In this document: positions 45,535 to 56,710 of the stretch, in pieces
Numbering within the stretch: position 1 is the stretch's first letter
Layout of the letters: each line of letters begins with the position of its first letter
Source of the DNA: Mayamaea pseudoterrestris
Lineage: Eukaryota
DNA length: 64,000 nt
Direction of reading: 5' to 3'
Assembly: GCA_027923505.1 (NCBI GenBank)
Contig: BROI01000001.1
Coordinates: forward strand, 2,666,001 to 2,730,000
Notes under the pieces: generated by a model
Database searches by the model: none
What the model saw: the letters and a program-made list of their open reading frames with translations, nothing else
Told to the model about the DNA's origin: nothing
Translations under genes and position numbers: made by a program

Positions 45535-48500
45535 CCAAGCCATGTACCCCAAATGACACCAGAATGGTGCCAACATCATTATTCAGGCTGCGCTACAAGA
45601 TGGTATCGGCTGGTGTCTCAGGGCATGATTTTGGTGACAACTTGTCACCAGTCTCAGCCCAGATGCCGTGACATTCAAACGCCCCTACAGGCAGCCATGT
45701 AGGTACACCCAAATGACACCAGAATGGTGCACATCATTATTATTCAGGCTGCGCTACAAGATGGTAGTGCGAGGTGTCTCAGGCAGCAATGTTTTGGTGA
45801 CAACTTGTCACCAGTCTCAGCCCCGGATGCCGTGACATTCAAACGCCCACAGCAAGCCCTGTAGGTGCCAAGTACACCAGAATGGTGCCAACATCATTAT
45901 TCAGCTGCGCTACAAGATGGTGTGCCTGGCTAGTGTCTCAGGGACACATGATATTGGTGACAATTTGTCACCAGTCTCAGCCCGCAGATGCATTGACATT
46001 CAAACGCCCCTACAGCAGGCCCTGGAGGTGTACCCAAATGACACCAGAATGGTGCCAACATCATTATTCAGGCTGCGCTACAAGATGGTATGCCTGGCTA
46101 GTGTCTCAGGGGATGCCAATGATATTGGTGACAACTTGTCACCAGTCTCAGCCCGCAGATGCCGTGACATTCAAACGCCCTACAGCAGGCCAGTATACCC
46201 AAATACACCAGAATGGTGCCAACATCATTATTCAGGCTGCGCTACAAGATGGTATGCCTGGCTAGTGTCTCAGGGGACGGCAATGATATTGGTGACAACT
46301 TGTCACCAGTCTCAGCCTGCAGATGCCGTGACATTCAAACGCCCCTACAGCAGGCCATGTATACACCCAAATGACACCAGAATGGTGCCAACATCATTAT
46401 TCAGGCTGCGCTACAAGATGGTATGCCTGGCTAGTGTCTCAGGGGATGGCAATGATATTGGTGACAACTTGTCACCAGTCTCAGCCTGCAGATGCCGTGA
46501 CATTCAAACGCCCCTACAGCAGGCCATGTATACACCCAAATGACACCAGAATGGTGCCAACATCATTATTCAGGCTGCGCAACAAGATGGTATGCCTGGC
46601 TAGTGTCTCAGGGGACGGCAATGATATTGGTGACAACTTGTCACCAGTCTCAGCCTGCAGATGCCGTGACATTCAAACGCCCCTACAGCAGGCCATGTAG
46701 ACACCCAAATGACACCAGAATGGTGCCAACATCATTATTCAGGCTGCGCTACAAGATGGTATGCCTGGCTAGTGTCTCAGGGGACGGCAATGATATTGGT
46801 GACAACTTGTCACCAGTCTCAGCCTGCAGATGCCGTGACATTCAAACGCCCCTACAGCAGGCCATGTAGTACACCCAAATGACACCAGAATGGTGCCAAC
46901 ATCATTATTCAGGCTGCGCAACAAGATGGTATGCCTGGCTAGTGTCTCAGGGGACGGCAATGATATTGGTGACAACTTGTCACCAGTCTCAGCCTGCAGA
47001 TGCCGTGACATTCAAACGCCCCTACAGCAGGCCATGTATACACCCAAATGACACCAGAATGGTGCCAACATCATTATTCAGGCTGCGCTACAAGATGGTA
47101 TGCCTGGCTAGTGTCTCAGGGGACGGCAATGATATTGGTGACAACTTGTCACCAGTCTCAGCCTGCAGATGCCGTGACATTCAAACGCCCCTACAGCAGG
47201 CCATGTATACACCCAAATGACACCAGAATGGTGCCAACATCATTATTCAGGCTGCGCTACAAGATGGTATGCCTGGCTAGTGTCTCAGGGGACGGCAATG
47301 ATATTGGTGACAACTTGTCACCAGTCTCAGCCTGCAGATGCCGTGACATTCAAACGCCCCTACAGCAGGCCACAGTATGCCCAAATTACACCAGAATGGT
47401 GCCAACATCATTATTCAGGCTGCGCTACAAGATGGTATGCCTGGCTAGTGTCTCAGGGGACGGCAATGATATTGGTGACAACTTGTCACCAGTCTCAGCC
47501 TGCAGATGCCGTGACATTCAAACGCCCCTACAGCAGGCCATGTATACACCCAAATGACACCAGAATGGTGCCAACATCATTATTCAGGCTGCGCTACAAG
47601 ATGGTATGCCTGGCTAGTGTCTCAGGGGACGGCAATGATATTGGTGACAACTTGTCACCAGTCTCAGCCTGCAGATGCTGTGACATTCAAACGCCCCTAC
47701 AGCAGGCATTTAGTACACCCAAATGACACCAGAATGGTGCCAACATCATAATTCAGGCTGCGCTACAAGAATGTATGCCTGGCTAGTGTCTCAGGGGACG
47801 GCAATGATATTGGTGACAACTTGTCACCAGTCTCAGCCTGCAGATGCCGTGACATTCAAACGCCCCTACAGCAGGCCATGTATACACCCAAATGACACCA
47901 GAATGGTGCCAACATCATTATTCAGGCTGCGCTACAAGATGGTATGCCTGGCTAGTGTCTCAGGGGACGGCAATGATATTGGTGACAACTTGTCACCAGT
48001 CTCAGCCTGCAGATGCCGTGACATTCAAACGCCCCTACAGCAGGCCGTGGATATGTGTAAATGACAGCAGAATCTTGCCAACATCATTATTCAGGCTGCG
48101 CTACAAGATGGTATGCCTGGCTAGTGTCTCAGGGGACGGCAATGATATTGGTGACAACTTGTCACCAGTCTCAGCCTGCAGATGCCGTGACATTCAAACG
48201 CCCCTACAGCAGGCCATGTATACACCCAAATGACACCAGAATGGTGCCAACATCATTATTCAGGCTGCGCTACAAGATGGTATGCCTGGCTAGTGTCTCA
48301 GGGGACGGCAATGATATTGGTGACAACTTGTCACCAGTCTCAGCCTGCAGATGCCGTGACATTCAAACGCCCCTACAGCAGGCCATGTATACACCCAAAT
48401 GACACCAGAATGGTGCCAACATCATTATTCAGGCTGCGCAACAAGATGGTATGCCTGGCTAGTGTCTCAGGGGACGGCAATGATATTGGTGACAACTTGT

Positions 48501-51500
48501 CACCAGTCTCAGCCCGCAGATGCCGTGACATTCAAACGCCCCTACAGCAGGCCCTGTAGGTGCCCAAAATACACCAGAATATTGCCAACATCATTATTCA
48601 GGCTGCGCTACAAGATGGTATGCCTGGCTAGTGTCTCAGGGGACGGCAATGATATTGGTGACAACTTGTCACCAGTCTCAGCCTGCAGATGCCGTGACAT
48701 TCAAACGCCCCTACAGCAGGCCATGTATACACCCAAATGACACCAGAATGGTGCCAACATCATTATTCAGGCTGCGCTACAAGTGGGTATGCCTGGCTAG
48801 TGTCTCAGGGGACGGCAATGATATTGGTGACAACTTGTCACCAGTCTCAGCCTGCAGATGCCGTGACATTCAAACGCCCCTACAGCAGGCCATGTATACA
48901 CCCAAATGACACCAGAATGGTGCCAACATCATTATTCAGGCTGCGCAACAAGATGGTATGCCTGGCTAGTGTCTCAGGGGACGGCAATGATATTGGTGAC
49001 AACTTGTCACCAGTCTCAGCCTGCAGATGCCGTGACATTCAAACGCCCCTACAGCAGGCCCTGTAGGTGCCCAAAATACACCAGAATGGTGCCAACATCA
49101 TTATTCAGGCTGCGCTACAAGATGGTATGCCTGGCTAGTGTCTCAGGGGACAGCAATGACATTGGTGACAACTTGTCACCAGTCTCAGCCTTCAGATGCC
49201 GTGACATTCAAACGCCTTTACAGCAGGCCATGAATATACCCAAATGACACCAGAATGGTGCCAACATCATTATTCAGGCTGCGCTACAAGCTGGTATGCG
49301 TGGCTAGTGTCTAAGGGGACGGCAATGATATTGGTGACAACTTGTCACCAGTCTCAGCCTGCAGATGCCATGACATTCAAACGCCCCTACAGCAGGCCAT
49401 GTATACACCCAAATGACACCAGAATTGTGCCAACATCATTATCCAGGCTGCGCAACAAGATGGTATACCTGGCTAGTGTCTCAGGGGATGGCAATGATAT
49501 TGGTGACAACTTGTCACCAGTCTCAGCCCGCAGATGCCGTGACATTCAAACGCCCCTACAGCAGGCCATGTGTATACCCAAATGTCACCAGAAAATTGCC
49601 AACATCATTATTCAAGCTGCGCTACAAGATGGTATGCCTGGCTAGTGTCTCAGGGGACAGCAATGATATTGGTGACAACTTGTCACCAGTCTCAGCCCGC
49701 AGATGCCGTGACATTCAAACGCCCCTACAGTAAGCCCTGTAGGTGCCCAAAATACACCAGAATGGTGCCAACATCATTATTCAGGCTGCGCTACAAGATG
49801 GTATGCCTGGCTAGTGTCTCAGGGGATGGCAATGATATTGGTGACAACTTGTCACCAGTCTCAGCCTGCAGATGCCGTGACATTCAAACGCCCCTACAGC
49901 AGGCCATGTATACACCCAAATGACACCAGAATGTTGCCAACATCATTATTCAGGCTGCGCTACAAGATGGTATGCCTGGCTAGTGTCTCAGGGGACGGCA
50001 ATGATATTGGTGACAACTTGTCACCAGTCTCAGCCTGCAGATGCCGTGACATTCAAACGCCCCTACAGCAGGCCATGTAGACACCCAAATGACACCAGAA
50101 TGGTGCCAACATCATTATTCAGGCTGCGCTACAAGATGGTATGCCTGGCTAGTGTCTCAGGGGACGGCAATGATATTGGTGACAACTTGTCACCAGTCTC
50201 AGCCTGCAGATGCCGTGACATTCAAACGCCCCTACAGCAGGCCATGTATACACCCAAATGACACCAGAATGGTGCCAACATCATTATTCAGGCTGCGCTA
50301 CAAGATGGTATGCCTGGCTAGTGTCTCAGGGGATGGCAATGATATTGGTGACAACTTGTCACCAGTCTCAGCCCGCAGATGCCGTGACATTCAAACGCCC
50401 CTACAGCAGGCCATGTATACACCCAAATGACACCAGAATGGTGCCAACATCATTATTCAGGCTGCGCAACAAGATGGTATGCCTGGCTAGTGTCTCAGGG
50501 GACGGCAATGATATTGGTGACAACTTGTCACCAGTCTCAGCCTGCAGATGCCGTGACATTCAAACGCCCTTACAGCAGGCCATGTATACACCCAAATGAC
50601 ACCAGAATGGTGCCAACATCATTATTCAGGCTGCGCAACAAGATGGTATGCCTGGCTAGTGTCTCAGGGGACGGCAATGATATTGGTGACAACTTGTCAC
50701 CAGTCTCAGCCTGCAGATGCCGTGACATTCAAACGCCCCTACAGCAGGCCCTGTAGGTGCCCAAAATACACCAGAATATTGCCAACATCATTATTCAGGC
50801 TGCGCTACAAGATGGTATGCCTGGCTAGTGTCTCAGGGGACGGCAATGATATTGGTGACAACTTGTCACCAGTCTCAGCCTGCAGATGCCGTGACATTCA
50901 AACGCCCCTACAGCAGGCCATGTATACACCCAAATGACACCAGAATGGTGCCAACATCATTATTCAGGCTGCGCTACAAGATGATATGCCTGGCTCGTGT
51001 CTCAGGGGACGGTAATGATATTGGTGACAACTTGTCACCAGTCTCAGCCTGCAGATGCCGTGACATTCAAACGCCCCTACAGCAGGCCATGTATACACCC
51101 AAATGACACCAGAATGGTGCCAACATCATTATTCAGGCTGCGCAACAAGATGGTATGCCTGGCTAGTGTCTCAGGGGACGGCAAATGATATTGGTGACAA
51201 CTTGTCACCAGTCTCAGCCTGCAGATGCCGTGACATTCAAACGCCCCTACAGCAGGCCATGTATACACCCAAATGACACCAGAATGGTGCCAACATCATT
51301 ATTCAGGCTGCGCAACAAGATGGTATGCCTGGCTAGTGTCTCAGGGGACGGCAATGATATTGGTGACAACTTGTCACCAGTCTCAGCCTGCAGATGCCGT
51401 GACATTCAAATGCCCCTACAGCAGGCCATGTATACACCCAAATGACACCAGAATGGTGCCAACATCATTATTCAGGCTGCGCAACAAGATGGTATGCCTG

Positions 51501-52755
51501 GCTAGTGTCTCAGGGGACGGCAATGATATTGGTGACAACTTGTCACCAGTCTCAGCCTGCAGATGCCGTGACATTCAAACGCCCCTACAGCAGGCCATGT
51601 AGGTACCCAAATTACACCAGAATGGTGCCAACATCATTATTCAGGCTGCGCTACAAGATGGTATGCCTGGCTAGTGTCTCAGGGGACGGCAATGATATTG
51701 GTGACAACTTGTCACCAGTCTCAGCCTGCAGATGCCGTGACATTCAAACGCCCCTACAGCAGGCCATGTATACACCCAAATGACACCAGAATGGTGCCAA
51801 CATCATTATTCAGGCTGCGCAACAAGATGGTATGCCTGGCTAGTGTCTCAGGGGACAGCAATGATATTGGTGACAACTTGTCACCAGTCTCAGCCCGCAG
51901 ATGCCGTGACATTCAAACGCCCCTACAGCAGGCCATGTAGGTGCCCAAATGACACCAGAATGGTGCCAACATCATTATTCAGGCTGCGCTACAAGATGGT
52001 ATGCCTGGCTAGTGTCTCAGGGGATGGCAATGATATTGGTGACAACTTGTCACCAGTCTCAGCCTGCAGATGCCGTGACATTCAAACGCCCCTACAGCAG
52101 GCCCTGTATACACCCAAATGACACCAGAATGGTGCCAACATCATTATTCAGGCTGCGCTACAAGATGGTATGCCTGGCTAGTGTCTCAGGGGACGGCAAT
52201 GATATTGGTGACAACTTGTCACCAGTCTCAGCCTGCAGATGCCGTGACATTCAAACGCCCCTACAGCAGGCCATGTATACACCCAAATGACACCAGAATG
52301 GTGCCAACATCATTATTCAGGCTGCGCAACAAGATGGTATGCCTGGCTAGTGTCTCAGGGGACGGCAATGATATTGGTGACAACTTGTCACCAGTCTCAG
52401 CCTGCAGATGCCGTGACATTCAAACGCCCCTACAGCAGGCCCTGTAGGCCACCCAAATGACACCAGAATGGTGCCAACATCATTATTCAGGCTGCGCTAC
52501 AAGATGGTATGCCTGGCTAGTGTCTCAGGGGACGGCAATGATATTGGTGACAACTTGTCACCAGTCTCAGCCTGCAGATGCCGTGACATTCAAAAGCCCC
52601 TACAGCAAGTCCTGTAGGTGCCCAAAATACACCAGAATGGTGCCAACATCATTATTCAGGCTGCGCTACAAGATGGTATGCCTGGCTAGTGTCTCAGGGG
52701 ACGGCAATGATATTGGTGACAACTTGTCACCAGTCTCAGCCTGCAGATGCCGTGA
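45535..52755 (+). repeat. Satellite C, 169-bp unit, about 43 highly homogeneous copies, each with the palindrome TGGTGACAA-C-TTGTCACCA
   Basis: Unit starts at 46371, 46540, 46709 and onward; the period is visible in the repeated ORFs of the track. Confidence 0.97.
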
Positions 52756-53686
52756 ATGCGTGAATGCGTGAATGCCGTGAATGCGGAATGCGTGAATATG
52801 AATGCGGTGAATGCATGAATGCGTGACGCGTGAATGCGTGAATGCGAATGCAATCTGCGTGAATGGGGGAATGCATGAATGTGTGAATGCATGAATGCAT
52901 GAATGCGTAATCGCGTGTGCGATGAATGCGTGAATCGCGTGAAACGAATGAATGTCAAGTCGACATAGGGTCACTGCCCACTGGAGGGCACCGATAAGAG
53001 AATGTGGGAATGCGTGAATGCGTGAATGCGTGAATGCGTGAATGCATGAATGCGTGAATGCATGAATGCATGAATGCGGGTATGCGGGAATGCATGAATG
53101 CGTGAATGCGTGAATGCATGAATGCGTGAATGCATGAATGCGTGAATGCGTGAATGCGTGAATGCGTGAATGCGTGAATGCGTGAATGCATGAATGAGTG
53201 AATGCGTGAATGCGTGAATGCGTGAATGCGTGAATGCGTGAATGCGTGAATGCGTGAATGCGTGAATGCGTGAATGCGTGAATGCGTGAATGCGGGAATG
53301 CGTGAATGCATGAATGCGTGAATGCATGAATGCGTGAATGCGTGAATGCATGAATGCGTGAATGCGTGAATGCGTGAATGCGTGAATGCATGAATGCGTG
53401 AATGCGTGAATGCGTGAATGCGTGAATGCGTGAATGCGTGAATGCGGGAATGCGTGAATGCGTGAATGCGTGAATGCGTGAATGCGTGAATGCATGAATG
53501 CATGAATGCGTGAATGCATGAATGAGTGAATGCGTGAATGCGGGAATGCGTGAATGCGTGAATGCGTGAATGCATGAATGCATGAATGCGTGAATGCGTG
53601 AATGCGTGAATGCGTGAATGCATGAATGAGTGAATGCGTGAATGCATGAATGCGTGAATGCATGAATGCGTGAATGCATAAATGCA
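52751..53686 (+). repeat. Octamer simple repeat (GCGTGAAT/GCATGAAT)n, about 0.93 kb
   Basis: Directly visible: degenerate over 52756-52950, nearly pure over 53010-53680, interrupted at 52951-53004. Confidence 0.97.
52951..53004 (-). pseudogene. 54-bp fragment of a copia RT C-terminal region embedded in the octamer tract
   Basis: Translates HSLIGALQWAVTLCRLDI versus QSLVGALQWAITLGRFDI in element 1 (25459-25512): 13/18 identical, with many third-position differences. Confidence 0.85.
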
Positions 53687-56543
53687 TCTGCAGGCTGAGA
53701 CGGGTGACAAGTTGTCACCAATCACATTGCAGTCTACTGAGACACCATCCAAGCAAACCAGCTTGTAGCGCAGCCTGAATAATGATGTGGTGTGATTTGG
53801 GTGTGATTTGGGTGTATACATGGCTTGCTGTAGGGGCGTTTGAATGTCAAGGCATCTGCAGGCTGAGACTGGTGACAAGTTGTCACCAATATCATTGCAG
53901 TCTTCTGAAACACCATCCAAGCTAACCAGCTTGTAGCGCAGCCGGAATAATGATGTTGGCATCATTCTGGTGTGATTTGGGTGTATACATGGCTTGCTGT
54001 AGGGGCGTTTGAATGTCAAGGCATCTGCAGGCTGAGACTGGTGACAAGTTGTCACCAATATGATTGCAGTCTTCTGAGTCCCCTACCAAGCATATTATCT
54101 TATTGCGCAGCCTGAATAAAGATGTTGGCATCATTCTGGTGTGATTCCGGTGTATACATGGCTTGCTGTAGGGGCGTTTGAATGTCAACGCATCTGCAGG
54201 CTGAGACTGGTGACAAGTTGTCACCAATATGATTGCAGTCTTCTGAGACCCCAGCCAAGCGTACCATCTTGTAGCGCAGCCTGAATAATGATGTTGGCAT
54301 CATTCTGGTGTGATTTGGGTGTACACATGGCTTGCTGTAGGGGCGTTTGAATGTCATGGCATCTGCGGGCTGAGACTGGTGACAAGTTGTCACCAATATG
54401 ATTGCAGTCTACTGAGACACCATCCAAGCATACCAGCTTGTAGCGCAGCCTGAATAATGATGTTGGCATCATTCTGGTGTGATTTGGGTGTATACATGGC
54501 TTGCTGTAGGGGCGTTTGAATGTCATGGCATCTGCGGGCTGAGACTGGTGACAAGTTGTCACCAATCACATTGCAGTCTACTGAGACCCCAGCCAAGCAT
54601 ACCATCTTATTGCGCAGCCTGAATAATGATGTTGGCATCATTCTGGTGTGATTTCGGTGTACACATGGCTTGCTGTAGGGGCGTTTGAATGTCAAGGCAT
54701 CTGCGGGCTGAGACTGGTGACAAGTTGTCACCAATCACATTGCAGTCTACTGAGACCCCAGCCAAGCATACCATCTTGTTGCGTAGCCTGAATAATGATG
54801 TTGGCATCATTCTGGTGTGATTTGGGTGTACACATGGCTTGCTGTAGGGGCGTTTGAATGTCAAGGCATCTGCAGGCTGAGACTGGTGACAAGTTGTCAC
54901 CAATATGATTGCAGTCTTCTGAGACACCAGCCAAGCATACCAGCTAATTGCGCAGCCTGAATAATAATGTTGGCATCATTCTGGTGTGATTTAGGTGTAT
55001 ACATGGCTTGCTGTAGGGGTGTTTGAATGTCAAGGCATCTGCGGGCTGAGACTGGTGACAAGTTGTCACCAATATGATTGCAGTCTTCTGAGACCCCAGC
55101 CAACTATACCATCTTATTGCGCAGCCTGAATAATGATGTTGGCATCATTCTGGTGTGATTTGGGTGTATACATGGCTTGCTGTAGGGGTGTTTGAATGTC
55201 AAGGCATCTGCGGGCTGAGACTGGTGACAAGTTGTCACCAATATCATTGCAGTCTACTGAGACATTATCCATGCATACCATCTTGTTGCGCAGCCTAAAT
55301 AATGATGTTGGCATCATTCTGGTGTGATTTGGGTGTATACATGGCTTGCTGTAGGGGCGTTTGAATGTCAAGGCACTGCGGGCTGAGACTGGTGTCAAGT
55401 TGTCACCAATATGATTGCAATCTACTGAGACACCATCCAAGCATACCATCTTGTTGCGCAGCCTGAATAATGATGTTGGCATCATTCTGGTGTGATTTGG
55501 GTGTATACATGGCTTGCTGTAGGGGCGTTTGAATGTCAAGGCATCTGCGGGCTGAGACTGGTGACAAGTTGTCACCAATATGATTGCAGTCTTCTGAGAC
55601 ACCATCCAAGCATACCAGCTTGTAGAGCAGCCTGAATAATGATGTTGGCATCATTCTGGTGTGATTTGGGTGTATGCATGGCATGCTGTAGGGGCGTTTG
55701 AATGTTAAGGCATCTGCGGGCTGAGACTGGTGACAAGTTGTCACCAATATCATTGCAGTCTACTGAGATCCCAGCCAAGCATACCATCTTGTAGCGCAGC
55801 CTGAATAATGATTTTGGCATCATTATGGTGTGATTTGGGTGTATACATGGTTTGCTGTAGGGGCATTTGAATGTCAAGGCATCTGCGGGCTGAGACTGGT
55901 GACAAGTTGTCACCAATATCATTGCCGTCTTCTGAGACCCGGGCCAAGCATACCATCTTGTTGCGCAGCCTGAATAATGATGTTGGCATCATTCTGGTGT
56001 GATTTGGGTGTATACATGGCTTGCTGTAGGGGCGTTTGAATGTCAAGGCACTGCGGGCTGAGACTGGTGACAAGTTGTTACCAATATGATTGCAGTCTTC
56101 TGAGACACCAGCCAAGCATACCATCTTGTTGCGCAGCCTGAATAATGATGTTGGCATCATTCTGGTGTGATTTGGGTGTATACATGGCTTGCTGTAGGGG
56201 CGTTTGAATGTCAAGGCATCAGCAGGCTGAGACTGGTGACAAGTTGTTACCAATATGTTTGCAGTCTTCTGAGACCCCAGCCAAGCATACCATCTTATTG
56301 CTTAGCCTGAATAATGATGTTGGCATCATTCTGATGTGATTTGGGTGTATACATGGCTTGCTGTAGGGGCGTTTGAATGTCAAGGCATCTGCGGGCTGAG
56401 ACTGGTGACAAGTTGTCACCAATATCATTGCAGTCTACTGAGACATTATCCAAGCATACCATCTTGTTGCGCAGCCTGAATAATGATGTTGGCATCATTC
56501 TGGTGTGATTTGGGTGTATACATGGCTTGCTGTAGGGGCATTT
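53684..56543 (-). repeat. Satellite C', inverted and diverged subfamily of the 169-bp satellite, about 17 copies
   Basis: Reverse complement of C with about 10 recurrent diagnostic differences per unit (e.g. AAATCACACCAGAATGATG vs AAATGACACCAGAATGGTG). Confidence 0.96.
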
Positions 56544-56710
56544 AGCTAACTCGCCGGAACCAAACTTGGTTGCGAGTTCGCGATAGACGCTCTGAGCGTC
56601 AGACTTGTCGCCATACTTCATTAGGAGCGACTGGTATCCAGGGACTTCGAGACAATTGCGAAACGCAGTGTACATGAAGATTTGCTGATTCTCGAACTCT
56701 TCCTTCTCTT
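56544..56710 (-). pseudogene. About 167-bp fragment of a CoDi-type gag gene between satellites C' and D
   Basis: Translates EKEEFENQQIFMYTAFRNCLEVPGYQSLLMKYGDKSDAQSVYRELATKFGSGELA. This is colinear with element 1 gag (FAEYKYQCSKLLAALEYTCKTPQSKLIVRKHIDSANASACIAELEATFLDG, about 21013-21170) and carries the FMY...DAQxVY pattern recalled from diatom copia gags. Confidence 0.7.

Noticed and set aside
52751..53686. Interstitial telomere or telomere-telomere fusion
   Set aside because: The unit is not TTAGGG-like and lacks a G-run, and the tract does not invert in the middle as a fusion would. Only finding it at chromosome ends would revive this idea.
52666..54058. Long His-rich ORFs (HSRIHAFT)n
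   Set aside because: Translation of an 8-bp repeat that has no stops on the minus strand; open in all three frames.
34258..56428. Dozens of repeated ORFs (MTPEWCQHH..., MVQKDCL...)
   Set aside because: By-products of tandem repeats; the frame shifts each unit and there are no protein motifs.
45535..56543. CRISPR-like array (regularly spaced palindromic repeat)
   Set aside because: The sequence between palindromes is itself repeated almost identically, so there are no unique spacers; there are no cas genes and the context is eukaryotic. It is a tandem satellite.
53684..56543. Inverted satellite arm as a long-read fold-back artefact
   Set aside because: C' carries its own recurrent diagnostic substitutions and is not a mirror copy of the adjacent C units.
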